From assembly GCF_000373965.1 (NCBI RefSeq), contig NZ_KB892864.1, forward strand, positions 200,170-264,169: DNA of 64,000 nt, in the 5' to 3' direction. The position numbers and the translations under genes were made by a program. Below the pieces are notes generated by a model that saw only the letters and a program-made list of their open reading frames with translations, was not told the origin of the DNA and searched no databases. Position 1 is the stretch's first letter; the number at the start of each line of letters is the position of its first letter. This DNA is from Uliginosibacterium gangwonense DSM 18521. Its GTDB lineage: Bacteria; Pseudomonadota; Gammaproteobacteria; Burkholderiales; Rhodocyclaceae. This document shows positions 41,035 through 52,371 of the stretch, in pieces.

Positions 41035-41523
41035 ATGAAATACCCACGCCCGCTTTCTGAAAGCAAGATCTGCCCTCCCGAGCAACTCGCCAGCCGTTTG
41101 GCTGCATTGCCGCGCCCCTTGGTATTTACCAATGGCTGTTTTGACATCCTGCACCGTGGTCACGTCACCTATCTGGGGCAGGCGCGGGCACTGGGGGCTG
41201 CCATGGTGGTGGCCTTGAACACCGATGCCTCGGTGCGCCGTCAAGGCAAAGGGGATGACCGCCCCATCAACACCTTGGAAGACCGCGCTGCGGTGATGGC
41301 AGCCTTGGGTTGTGTCGACTTGGTTACCTGGTTTGATGAAGACACGCCCATCGCCCGCATCCTGGAATGCCAGCCCAATATCCTGGTCAAAGGGGGAGAC
41401 TGGCCCGTGGAGAAGATCGTCGGGTATACAGAGGTACTCGGCTGGGGGGGCAGTGTGCACTCCATCCCCTTTGAAGTGGATCGCTCCACCACGGCGCTTT
41501 TGGGCAAGATCCGCGCGCTCTGA
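41035..41523 (+). CDS. rfaE2: D-glycero-beta-D-manno-heptose 1-phosphate adenylyltransferase (RfaE domain II / HldC-like)
   Basis: 162 aa cytidylyltransferase-like protein (FTNGCFDILHRGHVTYL, LVALNTDASVRR, VKGGDW). Confidence 0.8.
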   Translation: MKYPRPLSESKICPPEQLASRLAALPRPLVFTNGCFDILHRGHVTYLGQARALGAAMVVALNTDASVRRQGKGDDRPINTLEDRAAVMAALGCVDLVTWFDEDTPIARILECQPNILVKGGDWPVEKIVGYTEVLGWGGSVHSIPFEVDRSTTALLGKIRAL

Positions 41524-41667
41524 GAACCTGTTTAGGATCTGTAGCGAGAGGCTGTCAGCGGCGCGAAGAGCAGCGCAGAAACCGGAGTTTATGTTTGATA
41601 AATGAGGATTTCGAGCAGCGCATGAGCCCCGATCACAGCCTCGCAGTAAGATCATGAACAGATTCTG
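41522..41667. repeat. MITE-like repeat element, copy 2 (same family as 29745-29892)
   Basis: The left end is GAACCTGTTTAGGATCTGTAGCGAGAGGCTGTCAGCGG and the right end CCGATCACAGCCTCGCAGTAAGATCATGAACAGATTC, with an internal core identical to copy 1. The element begins at the rfaE2 stop codon (cTCTGAGAACCTG). Confidence 0.65.
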
Positions 41668-41809
41668 AGCCTTGTAGCAAAAAAGCATCACTCCTGGCGG
41701 GGCGCACTCCCCGCCAATCGCCTTTTCTGGCCCCGCCATTCAATCCGCGTAGAATCCTCCCCGCATTCCTGCGTTTTATTGCAACGCAACAATTATAGAA
41801 AGGTATGCC

Positions 41810-43837
41810 GTGGACTTCATTTTTGCGCACTTGAATGCCGTACTCATCGCGCTTGTCGTGGTGATCTTGCTGGTTAGCTACAAATGGGTGTTCTGGTTGT
41901 TTGGCGTCATCATCGTCCCCGATGACAGTCTGGGCGTCGTCACCAAAAAATTCGTGCTGTTCGGTGCCCACAAGAACCTGCCCGATGGCCGCATCATCGC
42001 CTTAAATGGCGAAGCGGGTTTCCAGGCCGATACCCTGCCCCCTGGGCTGCACATGGCATTGTGGCCGTGGCAGTACACTGTGGAACTGGTGAAATTCTTC
42101 ACCGTGCCACCCAACAAGATTGGTGTCGTTGAATCCTGCGATGGTCAGCCCCTGCCCTCCGGTCACATCATCGCCCGCCAGGTCGATTGCGACACCTATC
42201 AGGATGCCCGCGCCTTCCTGCAAAACAGTGGCGAACGCGGCCCGCAGATGGCGGTCATCCCCCCAGGAACCTATCGGATCAACCCCCTGTTGTTCAGCGT
42301 AACGCTGAACGACGCAACCAGTATCCCACAAGGCAAAATTGGCGTGGTCGAGGCGCTGGATGGCAAAGCGCTCCCCTCTGGACGCATCATCGCCCGCCAA
42401 GTTGAATGCAACGCCTATCAGGATGGCAACATCTTCCTCTCTGCCGGTGGCGAACGTGGCCCACAAATGGGCTTAATCACACCGGGGACCTATCGCATCA
42501 ACCCGATGCTCTTCAAGGTACAGCTTGCGGAGGCCGTCGACATCCCCGAAAACAAGGTCGGCATCGTCACCACCAAGGAAGGCAAACCACTCGCCACAGG
42601 CGAGATTGCCGGGGCCGAGATTGATGGTCACAACATGTTCCAGAACCCGCAATCCTTCGTCGACAACGGTGGCTGCAAGGGGCTGCAGGAACAAGTTCTG
42701 TTGGCAGGGCGCTACTTTATCAACCCGCGCTTTGCCACGGTTGAAGTCGTAGATATGGCCGAGGTACCCATTGCCCATGTTGGCGTGGTCATTGCCTACG
42801 TTGGCCGAGAAGGTCATGACGTCACCGGAGAATCGTTCCGCCACGGCAATCTAGTCAGCAAAGGCGAAAAAGGGGTGTGGGTCGATCCGCTCGACCCTGG
42901 CAAATACCCCATCAACCCCTACACCCACAAGGTCAGCAACGTTCCCACTGCCAACGTCGTGCTCAACTGGGCCACCGGCAAGACCGAAGCACACAACCTA
43001 GATGCGAACCTGTCGACCATCACGGTGCGCTCGGCCGACGGCTTCAAGTTCGACCTGGATGTCTCTCAGATCATCCATATTCCACGCAACGACGCCCCCA
43101 AGGTGATCGCCCGCTTCGGCAGCATGTCGGCCCTGGTCACACAGGTGCTAGAGCCAACCATTGGCAACTACTTCCGCAACGCGGCGCAAAGTTCGGATGT
43201 GATCGACTTCCTCAAAAACCGCTCCAAGCGGCAGGATGAGGCACGCGAAGCGATTGCCACCGCGCTCAAGGAATACAACGTAGGTGCGGTCGACACGCTG
43301 ATTGGTGACATCGTGCCGCCGGACGAATTGATGAAGACACTCACGGATCGCAAGATCGCGGAACAGGAGCGCGTGACCTACGATACCCAGCGTCAGGCGC
43401 AAGACATCAAGCAGCAACTCGAACAGGCTACAGCCTTGGCTGCCACCCAGGCCCGCGTGGTGGACGCGGAACGGCAGGTGACCATTGCAGAATTCAACGC
43501 CAAGGCTACAGTGAAATCTGCTGAAGGTCAGGCCCAGGCCAAAAAGATCAACGCCGAAGCCGATGCCAACGTGCTGCGCACCGTGGGTGAGGCGGAAGCT
43601 GCCAAAACTCAGGCAGTGGGTGGCGCGGAAGCACAGGTCATCAAGCTCAAGATTGCTTCGATGGAATCAGGTAACTATGCCATGGTGCAGGTGGCTGAAG
43701 CATTGGCCAAGGCAGGCGTGAAGCTGGTGCCGGATATTGTTGCGGGCGGCGGGAGTGGCAGTGGCGGCACCCTGGTGGATGTATTGCTGGGCAATCTGAT
43801 TCGGGACGGAATGAAAAAACCCGAAAGCGGGGCCTGA
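41810..43837 (+). CDS. flotillin-like (SPFH/band-7 superfamily, YqiK-like) membrane protein with four tandem ~75-aa N-terminal repeats
   Basis: 675 aa. An N-terminal TM segment is followed by four repeats, each ending in a G-x-Y-x-INP motif (GTYRINPLLF, GTYRINPMLF, GRYFINPRFA, GKYPINPYTH). The C-terminus is an Ala/Glu/Gln-rich coiled coil (AEAEAAKTQAVGGAEAQVIKLKIA), typical of the flotillin C-domain. Confidence 0.7.
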   Translation: MDFIFAHLNAVLIALVVVILLVSYKWVFWLFGVIIVPDDSLGVVTKKFVLFGAHKNLPDGRIIALNGEAGFQADTLPPGLHMALWPWQYTVELVKFFTVPPNKIGVVESCDGQPLPSGHIIARQVDCDTYQDARAFLQNSGERGPQMAVIPPGTYRINPLLFSVTLNDATSIPQGKIGVVEALDGKALPSGRIIARQVECNAYQDGNIFLSAGGERGPQMGLITPGTYRINPMLFKVQLAEAVDIPENKVGIVTTKEGKPLATGEIAGAEIDGHNMFQNPQSFVDNGGCKGLQEQVLLAGRYFINPRFATVEVVDMAEVPIAHVGVVIAYVGREGHDVTGESFRHGNLVSKGEKGVWVDPLDPGKYPINPYTHKVSNVPTANVVLNWATGKTEAHNLDANLSTITVRSADGFKFDLDVSQIIHIPRNDAPKVIARFGSMSALVTQVLEPTIGNYFRNAAQSSDVIDFLKNRSKRQDEAREAIATALKEYNVGAVDTLIGDIVPPDELMKTLTDRKIAEQERVTYDTQRQAQDIKQQLEQATALAATQARVVDAERQVTIAEFNAKATVKSAEGQAQAKKINAEADANVLRTVGEAEAAKTQAVGGAEAQVIKLKIASMESGNYAMVQVAEALAKAGVKLVPDIVAGGGSGSGGTLVDVLLGNLIRDGMKKPESGA

Positions 43838-43976
43838 GAATACGCTTCAGCAATGATTCAAACAAAGGGGCTGCGGCCCCTTTTTGCTTATGCTTGTTTC
43901 TGAGTTTTGGTTCTTTCCTTATTTCATTTTTCATAGAATAGAATAGTTCCATCTACCCCATCAGGAGAAATTCGAC

Positions 43977-44909
43977 ATGCGTATCGCCAACAACGTCACC
44001 GAACTGATCGGCAACACCCCTCTCGTTCGCCTCAATCGACTGGCTGCGGGTATCGATGGGCAGGTTCTGGTCAAGCTGGAATACTTCAACCCCGGCCATA
44101 GCGTGAAAGACCGGATTGCAGCCTCCATGATCGAGGCCGCCGAAAAAGCAGGCAAGATCGGCCCCGACACCATCATCCTGGAGCCGACCTCGGGCAACAC
44201 CGGGATTGGCTTGGCCATGGTCTGTGCAGCCAAAGGCTACAAAGCCGCGTTCGTAATGCCGGAAACCATGAGCCGTGAGCGTCGCCTGCTGCTCAAGGCC
44301 TATGGCGCGGAACTGATCCTCACCCCTGGGTCGGAAGGCATGCCCGGCGCCATCCGCCGCGCACAGGAATTGGCCGCCAGCGATTCGCGCTACTTTATCC
44401 CGCAGCAATTCGACAACCCGGCCAACCCGGAAATCCACCGCAAGACAACGGCGGAAGAAATCTGGCGCGATACCGACGGCACCGTTGACCTGTTCGTTGC
44501 CGGGGTTGGCACGGGTGGCACGATTACGGGGGTCGGCGAAGTGCTCAAAGCCTACAAACCAAGCCTGAAAGTGTTCGCCGTAGAGCCGGATGCCAGCGCG
44601 GTGCTCTCCGGCAGCCCACGGGGCCCTCACCCCATCCAGGGCATCGGGGCGGGCTTTATCCCCAGCGTGCTGAACACGGGAATCTATGATGAAATCATAC
44701 GCGTAGGCAATGCAGATACTTTCGACACGGCCCGCCGGGCTGCAACCGAAGAAGGTCTGCTGGTCGGAATCTCTTCGGGCGCCGCAATCTGGGCTGCGCT
44801 GGAAGTTGCCCGTCGCCCTGAAAACAAGGGCAAGACCACCGTGGCGATTGTTCCCAGCTTTGGTGAGCGCTACCTATCAACTGCCCTGTACGAACATCTG
44901 GCCGTTTGA
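43977..44909 (+). CDS. cysK: cysteine synthase A (O-acetylserine sulfhydrylase)
   Basis: 310 aa with the PLP-lysine motif SVKDR and TSGNTG. Confidence 0.9.
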   Translation: MRIANNVTELIGNTPLVRLNRLAAGIDGQVLVKLEYFNPGHSVKDRIAASMIEAAEKAGKIGPDTIILEPTSGNTGIGLAMVCAAKGYKAAFVMPETMSRERRLLLKAYGAELILTPGSEGMPGAIRRAQELAASDSRYFIPQQFDNPANPEIHRKTTAEEIWRDTDGTVDLFVAGVGTGGTITGVGEVLKAYKPSLKVFAVEPDASAVLSGSPRGPHPIQGIGAGFIPSVLNTGIYDEIIRVGNADTFDTARRAATEEGLLVGISSGAAIWAALEVARRPENKGKTTVAIVPSFGERYLSTALYEHLAV

Positions 44910-44956
44910 TCTGAGAGGCAGAAGATCGCAAAACCATAAAAATCAAATGGCATTCA

Positions 44957-44986
44957 ACAAAAAAGGCGCTTTGGGCGCCTTTTTTA
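44957..44986. terminator. bidirectional rho-independent terminator between convergent cysK and the small membrane-protein gene
   Basis: aaaaaAGGCGCtttgGGCGCCTttttt: an A-run, a GC hairpin, then a T-run. Confidence 0.6.
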
Positions 44987-45042
44987 CTCAATTGGAGTAT
45001 TGTGTCGCTCTCAATCCAGCCGACAAAATACTACTCAAAAAA

Positions 45043-45375
45043 TTACTTGATGATGGTAATCGAGAACGGCAGGCGATACTTTTCACCCTTATTCACTGCA
45101 ACGGCACCCATGATGCAGAAGACCACGCTGGCGCCCCAAACCAAAAGTGAAAGCAGCCCGACAAAAGGAATGATACGGGCAACAACCGACAGCACAACGA
45201 GTGCAATGGCAACCACAATTGTCCAGTTCAGTGCTTCTTTGGACTGATCAAGAACGAATTCATCATCCTTCTTGGTCAGGAACAAAATCAGACTGGGAAT
45301 GAAGCCGAAAATGATAGAACCCACCCAAATCAACAGCGCGAGTTGTTTGCTTTCTGCAGAAATTTCGTTTGCCAC
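45043..45375 (-). CDS. small integral membrane protein (DUF4870-like)
   Basis: 110 aa with 2-3 TM segments. The family assignment is tentative. Confidence 0.45.
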   Translation of the reverse strand: MANEISAESKQLALLIWVGSIIFGFIPSLILFLTKKDDEFVLDQSKEALNWTIVVAIALVVLSVVARIIPFVGLLSLLVWGASVVFCIMGAVAVNKGEKYRLPFSITIIK

Positions 45376-45810
45376 TGTAATATCTCCTAAAAATGCACAT
45401 CAACGAATCGTAATAGGCTCCTGGCAAACATGCGTCCCCCTGCCCAAAACGATTTCGGCATGCTGCCTGTTTGTCATGCCTAAAGCAACAACCAGCAGCC
45501 AACCGGCCATCCGCTTAGTACAGCAGAGCTTTCCCCAAAAGCCAAGCTACGCAGATGAGTGGCACGCCCCCTGCCAACCTGCGTCCCTGAATGGACGGCG
45601 CGAGCGGCATCTCAGGCGCGGGCACCTATTCTTCCGCAGCACAAAGTCGCCATTTTTGGCAAGATAGCGCTATTACGCCGCACGGGCATTGGCACGGGTG
45701 CTAGAACCAAGCACGTCAGGAGCCATTTCACACGCTCACTTTGCCATGGCACCATGACCGGCTTCTTACAAACGCTAGACCCGATTTTTGAACATTGCGC
45801 AGAACACATC

Positions 45811-46953
45811 ATGAACGAACTCTTCGATACTCCCCCGGAACGCCGCCACACGGACAGCATCAAATGGCGCCGCTATCAAGATAGCGATGTACTCCCCCTG
45901 TGGGTGGCCGACATGGACTTCGCCGCCCCGCCTCCCGTGCTGGAAGCCCTTCAGACCCGTCTGCAACACCCGGTATTTGGCTACGCCGACCCTTGGCCGT
46001 CCTTGAATGAAGCCGTGGTCGAAGGCATTGCACGTGATCACAACTGGCAGATTGAGGCGGACTGGATCGTCTGGCTGCCCGGTGTTGTGCCCGGCTTCAA
46101 CCTTGCCTGCCGTCTTGCGGGCGACCCCGGTGCAGGGGTGCTGGCTTTTCCGCCCGTCTACCCGCCAATGCTCCATGCTGCCGCCAACAACGACCGACGT
46201 CTGGTGCGCAGTGATCTGGTTGAAACCGACAACCGCTGGGGCATCGACTGGGATCATCTCGCCGCACTGGATCACAAAGCCATCCGCATGCTGCTGCTTT
46301 GCAACCCACACAACCCGGTTGGCCGCGTGTGGACGCAAGAAGAATTGGTTCGCCTGGCCCGCTATGCTGAACACAATGACTGGTTGATCTGCTCGGACGA
46401 CATCCACTGCGGCCTGGTGCTCAACCCGGCCACCCCCTACCGCCCCATTGCCTCGCTGGATGAATCCTTGGCGCAGCGCACCATCACCCTGATGGCGCCT
46501 TCCAAGACATGGAACATCCCGGCATTGCAAGCCGCGTTCGCAATCATCCCCAATGCACAGTTGCGTCAGCAATATCAACACGCTGCACTAGGCCTGGTTG
46601 CCAGCCCCAATGTACTCGGACTCGTTGCCGCCGAAGCCGCCTATCGCCACGGCGACACATGGCGCCAGGCCATGCTTGAATACCTGCGTGGTAATGCCAG
46701 CCTGCTTGCCCAAAGCGTAAACAACATACCGGGGCTACGCACCACACCGATAGAAGCCACCTATCTGGCCTGGATCAACTGCAAGGAACTGGGCCAAACC
46801 CACCCGCAACGCTTCTTTGAGCAAGCCGGGGTGGGTCTGTCGAATGGTAAAGACTTTGGGCTGGAAGGTTATGTACGCCTGAACTTTGGTTGCAGCCGGG
46901 CACTTCTGAGCGAAGCCCTCCAGCGCATGCATCGGGCCATCACCCAAAGCTGA
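45811..46953 (+). CDS. MalY/PatB-type PLP-dependent C-S lyase (cystathionine beta-lyase-like aminotransferase class I/II)
   Basis: The start is at the internal ATG 45811 (MNELFDTPPERRHTDSIKW). It has the class I aminotransferase fold with a PLP-lysine motif (SKTWNIPALQ) and sits next to cysK. Confidence 0.8.
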   Translation: MNELFDTPPERRHTDSIKWRRYQDSDVLPLWVADMDFAAPPPVLEALQTRLQHPVFGYADPWPSLNEAVVEGIARDHNWQIEADWIVWLPGVVPGFNLACRLAGDPGAGVLAFPPVYPPMLHAAANNDRRLVRSDLVETDNRWGIDWDHLAALDHKAIRMLLLCNPHNPVGRVWTQEELVRLARYAEHNDWLICSDDIHCGLVLNPATPYRPIASLDESLAQRTITLMAPSKTWNIPALQAAFAIIPNAQLRQQYQHAALGLVASPNVLGLVAAEAAYRHGDTWRQAMLEYLRGNASLLAQSVNNIPGLRTTPIEATYLAWINCKELGQTHPQRFFEQAGVGLSNGKDFGLEGYVRLNFGCSRALLSEALQRMHRAITQS

Positions 46954-47302
46954 TTCCCGCCTCCTCCAATGCTCGCCCGAGTGCGCCGTCTATCTATGAA
47001 TAACGGCCCATTCGGGCGATTCCATTTGGTGAAGTGCCCTGCATGTCCTTTAAAAGACAAGGCACGGCCCCCTGGAGAAATCCCCCTTCGCCTCCAAGCC
47101 AAACCGACTTATGTGGTCCAGTATTCAACCACCCGAATTGCTTATGCGGAGAACGCCGATCCGCGTTATAGTAAGTAGAAACCTGTACAAATTCACTTTA
47201 AATCAAACTCTTGCTCTTTTTAACAAGGTTGCAAAGAAAACATTAACAACTCTTCGAATATGTAAGGCAAAATATAAGAAATATGGAAGGGGACATAAGT
47301 AA

Positions 47303-48025
47303 ATGAATGACAAGCAACCTGCTCGCGTACCCGGCACCAATCGGGTTGATGTTGTCTACGCGGGCATCATTGAGGCCATGTCAAACGGCGAATATCCAGA
47401 AAACGGACGCCTGCCGACAGAGACCGAGCTTGCCCAAAAATACGGAGTCTCCCGCCCCACTGTGCGTGAAGCGCTCTCCCGCCTGCGCCTGGATGGCCTG
47501 ATCGCATCCCGGCGTGGCTCTGGCAGTTACATGCTGCGTCGCCCGGATCGCAACATCAAACGTTTTGCGCCGATTGAGAGCATTGCCGACGTGCAACGAT
47601 GCTTTGCCTTCCGTATCGCCATCGAATCCACCTCTGCCGGACTTGCTGCGGAATACCGCACCAGCCGTGACCTTGACGAGATTGCACGCGCTTACGACCT
47701 GATGGAAGAAGCACGCACGCGTGATGAAAATGTTGCTTTCGTCGACCACGATCTACAGTTCCACCTGGCACTTGCCCGTGCCTCACAAAACGTATTTTTC
47801 GTGACCTCGCTGGAAATGATCATTGAACAGATGCGGGTGGGCATGCGTCTAGCCCTGAACCTCTCGCTGGAGCGCGAACGCGTATGGCGTGAGTTGGTAC
47901 AGGTTGAACACCGCGACATCATGGCCGCCATTGAAAAAGGATCTTCTGTTGATGCAGCAGAAGCCATGCGTTTCCATCTTGCCAACGCCCGACGACGTCT
48001 GTTCGAAGGCCCTATTCACGCCTAA
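47303..48025 (+). CDS. GntR-family transcriptional regulator (FadR/FCD C-terminal domain)
   Basis: 240 aa with an N-terminal winged HTH (LPTETELAQKYGVSRPTVREALSRL) and a helical FCD domain. Confidence 0.8.
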   Translation: MNDKQPARVPGTNRVDVVYAGIIEAMSNGEYPENGRLPTETELAQKYGVSRPTVREALSRLRLDGLIASRRGSGSYMLRRPDRNIKRFAPIESIADVQRCFAFRIAIESTSAGLAAEYRTSRDLDEIARAYDLMEEARTRDENVAFVDHDLQFHLALARASQNVFFVTSLEMIIEQMRVGMRLALNLSLERERVWRELVQVEHRDIMAAIEKGSSVDAAEAMRFHLANARRRLFEGPIHA

Positions 48026-48071
48026 TCACGCTTAACCGATTTCGCAGTACAAGGGGGCGAATATGCCCAAA

Positions 48072-49184
<1,113 letters not shown>

Positions 49185-49261
49185 GCTGGGGCCTCGGTCC
49201 ATGTAGCACCCTGGCTCGCGGCGCGTGCATTTCGCAGCGAGCCAACTTTAGGAGTAGATCA

Positions 49262-49756
49262 ATGCAATGGCTTACAGCTATTAATTCCAGGCTATCGCGC
49301 TGGGCCATGTGGGCGGCCAGTGCGTGCGTGCTGGGGCTCGTGGTTGACGTCGACTACGGTGTCGTCATGCGTTATGCATTCCATCAAGCACCACCCTTCA
49401 TGGAAGAAGTCGCTCTCTTGTTGAGCATTTGCGTGGCCATGTTCGGCGCCTCTGCCGGCGTGCGCGATGCTGGCCACATCGGTGTGGATTCCCTGGTGGC
49501 CTTGCTGCCGGAAAAGCTGCGTTTCTGGATTGGCGTCACTGCAGGCAGCCTGACGGGGTTGTTCGCCGTCTGCCTGCTGATTGGTTGCAGTGTCATGGTG
49601 CGTGAAACCTTTGAACACACCATTCCGACACTCGGTATTTCAGAGGCTTTCCGTTATATCCCCCCCATCATCGCCGGCGTGCTCATTACATCTTTCTCGA
49701 TCGAGCACCTGATTGCCATGTTCAAGAATGAAAAGGTGGTTTCGTCATGGCACTGA
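49262..49756 (+). CDS. dctQ: TRAP transporter small permease (DctQ)
   Basis: 164 aa with 4 TM segments. It lies between dctP and dctM and its 3' end overlaps dctM. Confidence 0.8.
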   Translation: MQWLTAINSRLSRWAMWAASACVLGLVVDVDYGVVMRYAFHQAPPFMEEVALLLSICVAMFGASAGVRDAGHIGVDSLVALLPEKLRFWIGVTAGSLTGLFAVCLLIGCSVMVRETFEHTIPTLGISEAFRYIPPIIAGVLITSFSIEHLIAMFKNEKVVSSWH

Positions 49757-51147
49757 CACTTCTTTGTATCAGCTTCATCCTATTCATCCTGCTGGGAGTC
49801 CCGGTCGCCTTCTCCATCGGCATGAGCTGCCTGATTGCCTACGGCATAGAAGGCGCCGAAAAGGCCATCCTGCTGCACCAAACCTTTGGTGACGCAGTCA
49901 TGTCCACCGCAGCAGGTGCATTCCAGACCATGATCTCTGGGATGAACATCTTCTCCTTCCTGGCGATCCCATTCTTCATCTTTTCGGGTGAGCTCATGCT
50001 CCACGGCGGCATCGCCGACAAGATCGTCACCTTCGCCCGTAACCTCGTCGGTCACTGGCGTGGCGGTCTAGGTCTGGCCAACGTGGTGGCATGTACCATG
50101 TTCGGTGGCGTTTCCGGCTCCCCGGTGGCAGATACCTCCGCCATGGGCGGCGTGCTCATCCCAATCATGAAGAGGGAAGGCTATAGCGCAGACTACGCGG
50201 TCAACGTCACGACCCACGCCTCACTGTCTGGCGCACTGATGCCCACCTCCCACAACATGATCATCTATGCCTTTGCAGCCTCCACGGCATCCGGCATGAT
50301 CGGGGACACCGTCATCAAGGGCGTGTCGATTGGCGACCTGATGTTCTCCGGTCTGGTTCCCTGCTTCTGGATCATGACCTGCTGCCTCTGCGCCGCTTAC
50401 TACCAAGCCGTCAAGTACGGTTTCCCCAAGAGTGCCGACGGCAAATCCATGATCACCCCGTTCCCGGGCTGGAATGCCGTGCTGCGCTCAATGGTAGCTG
50501 CCGTGCCAGGACTGCTCATCATCGCCATCATCCTGATCGCGGTGATGAAGGGGGTTGCCACCGCAACGGAATCCGCAGCCGTGGCCGTGACCTACTCACT
50601 GGTCCTGACAGGCATCATCTACCGCACGCTGAACAAGGAAAAGCTGTTCAAAGCACTGGCCCGCGCCTCCAAAACCACGGGCGTCATCCTGCTGCTGATC
50701 GGCGTATCCAACATGCTGCGCTTCCAGATGACCTGGCTGGAAATCCCTGAGGCGATGGAAAGCATGCTGCTGGCTGCTACCCAGACTCCCTGGATCATGC
50801 TGTTGTACATCAACCTCATCCAGATCTTCCTGGGCATCTTCCTGGACATGGCCGCCCACATCCTGATCACGGCACCGCTGTTCCTGCCGCTGGCCATCAA
50901 GATGGGCGTCGGCCCGGTGCAATTCGGCGTCATGCTGCTCCTCAACTGCGCACTCGGCCTGGTCCACCCACCCGTCGGAACCGTGCAGTTCGTTGGCTGC
51001 GCCATCGGCGAAGTACCTATCGGCCAAGTCATGAAAACCGTGTGGCCCTACTACCTCGCCATCTGGACCGCCATCAACCTGGTGACCTACGTCCCCTCGT
51101 TCTCCACCTGGCTGCCCTCAGTGATCAACGGACACCCCGTGTTCTAA
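49747..51147 (+). CDS. dctM: TRAP transporter large permease (DctM)
   Basis: 466 aa polytopic protein of the DctM family. Confidence 0.9.
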   Translation: MALTLLCISFILFILLGVPVAFSIGMSCLIAYGIEGAEKAILLHQTFGDAVMSTAAGAFQTMISGMNIFSFLAIPFFIFSGELMLHGGIADKIVTFARNLVGHWRGGLGLANVVACTMFGGVSGSPVADTSAMGGVLIPIMKREGYSADYAVNVTTHASLSGALMPTSHNMIIYAFAASTASGMIGDTVIKGVSIGDLMFSGLVPCFWIMTCCLCAAYYQAVKYGFPKSADGKSMITPFPGWNAVLRSMVAAVPGLLIIAIILIAVMKGVATATESAAVAVTYSLVLTGIIYRTLNKEKLFKALARASKTTGVILLLIGVSNMLRFQMTWLEIPEAMESMLLAATQTPWIMLLYINLIQIFLGIFLDMAAHILITAPLFLPLAIKMGVGPVQFGVMLLLNCALGLVHPPVGTVQFVGCAIGEVPIGQVMKTVWPYYLAIWTAINLVTYVPSFSTWLPSVINGHPVF

Positions 51148-51166
51148 CAGATCGCAGCGCACAACC

Positions 51167-51200
51167 CAAAAACGCCCGTTGCCAACAACGGGCGTTTTTT
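51167..51200 (+). terminator. rho-independent terminator after dctM
   Basis: aaaAACGCCCGTTGccaacAACGGGCGTTtttt. Confidence 0.65.
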
Positions 51201-51262
51201 ATATCTGCGGTGTTCATAGACGGCACGCCCCAGGCGGGTTACAATCAAAACTCATCAGATGT

Positions 51263-51624
51263 GGGGGCGACCTGGTTTCGACGGGGGTTGCGAAGCAGCT
51301 TGGTGCATACCGAGGCCCAGTCACCTCGTAAATAAGCTGGAAATTTATACTCGCCAACGACGAGCAATTCGCTCTGGCCGCTTAAGGCCTAAGCCGCTGC
51401 ACTGGTAGGTCTCTGGGCCAGGTGGGGCAACCCACAGCAGCGTCATTCACAGAGACTCGTGCCGTAACGGGTTACTTGTTACGGAGCTAAAACCAAGGTG
51501 ACTCGCCCCGCGTCGGCCTGCCGGTCGGCTAAGCGCAGGGTTAAATTAAAATAGAGCGGCTAAGTATGTAGATCCAGTTGTAGAGAACTTTCGGACGCGG
51601 GTTCGATTCCCGCCGCCTCCACCA
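51263..51624 (+). ncRNA. ssrA: tmRNA (SsrA), tag peptide ANDEQFALAA
   Basis: The 5' end is GGGGGCGACCTGGTTTCGACGGGGGTTGCGAAGCAG and the 3' end is GGACGCGGGTTCGATTCCCGCCGCCTCCACCA. The acceptor stem has a G3:U wobble pair. The tag reading frame resumes at 51353 as GCC AAC GAC GAG CAA TTC GCT CTG GCC GCT TAA. A tacaat -10 lies at 51240-51245. Confidence 0.92.
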
Positions 51625-51885
51625 CCAATACGCAGTAAAATCAACAGGTTAGACAAAAACGGCTATCGAAAGATGGCCATTTTTTTGGGTTTTTTGAGGC
51701 TGTTTGGTCAACATTTTGGTCAACATTTTTTGACCCAATTCCGTTTAATTTTCAGGCCAGCCGATAGTGCCCGGGGAATTCAGAACACTATTACATGTCA
51801 TTCATTGGCTTGCGGACTATTCGGCCGTGTCCATATTATTAGCAATCACCCGAACGTTTTTGCGTCTGAATAACTGTTAATCGTC

Positions 51886-52371
51886 ATGAGAGCTATCCCT
51901 GCTTGCGATTTCCATCTTGCCGTTTCCATGGATGATGTCGTCACTTGGCCGGACGATGGAAACGAGACTCCTATTCCAGAACAAAATTTACAGGCTTTGC
52001 TCAGTACTCTTGGTGTTTCGAAAAGTCTTACGGAGTTATACCGAACCTACTTCGAAGAAACCAAAATAGGGGCCGGTGATGTTTTTGTATTTCAGCCAGC
52101 TCCAGGCAGCAAGAATGTCTTTGCGATCGATATGTATCGTGACCTCACTGACCAAATGGACATCGTAACTTTCTCTGTCGGTTGTTCTGTAGAGATTGTA
52201 TCCATCGTCAGAGAGAAGCTACGAGCCTTCTTCGATGGCGCTTCGTGCCAAGTACATTACGAAGAAGCAAACCACTCTACTGGCCTCCACAGAATGCTCG
52301 ATGTAGCGAGCTATCCATTCACCATCGGGGAGTTTGGGTATAAACAAGCCATTCACTACGTGTATGGCTAA
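51886..52371 (+). CDS. hypothetical protein (low-GC orphan, first gene after ssrA)
   Basis: 161 aa ORF in AT-rich DNA. No family recognised. Confidence 0.4.
   Translation: MRAIPACDFHLAVSMDDVVTWPDDGNETPIPEQNLQALLSTLGVSKSLTELYRTYFEETKIGAGDVFVFQPAPGSKNVFAIDMYRDLTDQMDIVTFSVGCSVEIVSIVREKLRAFFDGASCQVHYEEANHSTGLHRMLDVASYPFTIGEFGYKQAIHYVYG

Noticed and set aside
51673-51873. 66-aa ORF between ssrA and the orphan gene
   Set aside because: It is a repetitive low-complexity peptide (FGQHFGQHF) generated by the 12-bp tandem DNA repeat. It is not a gene.
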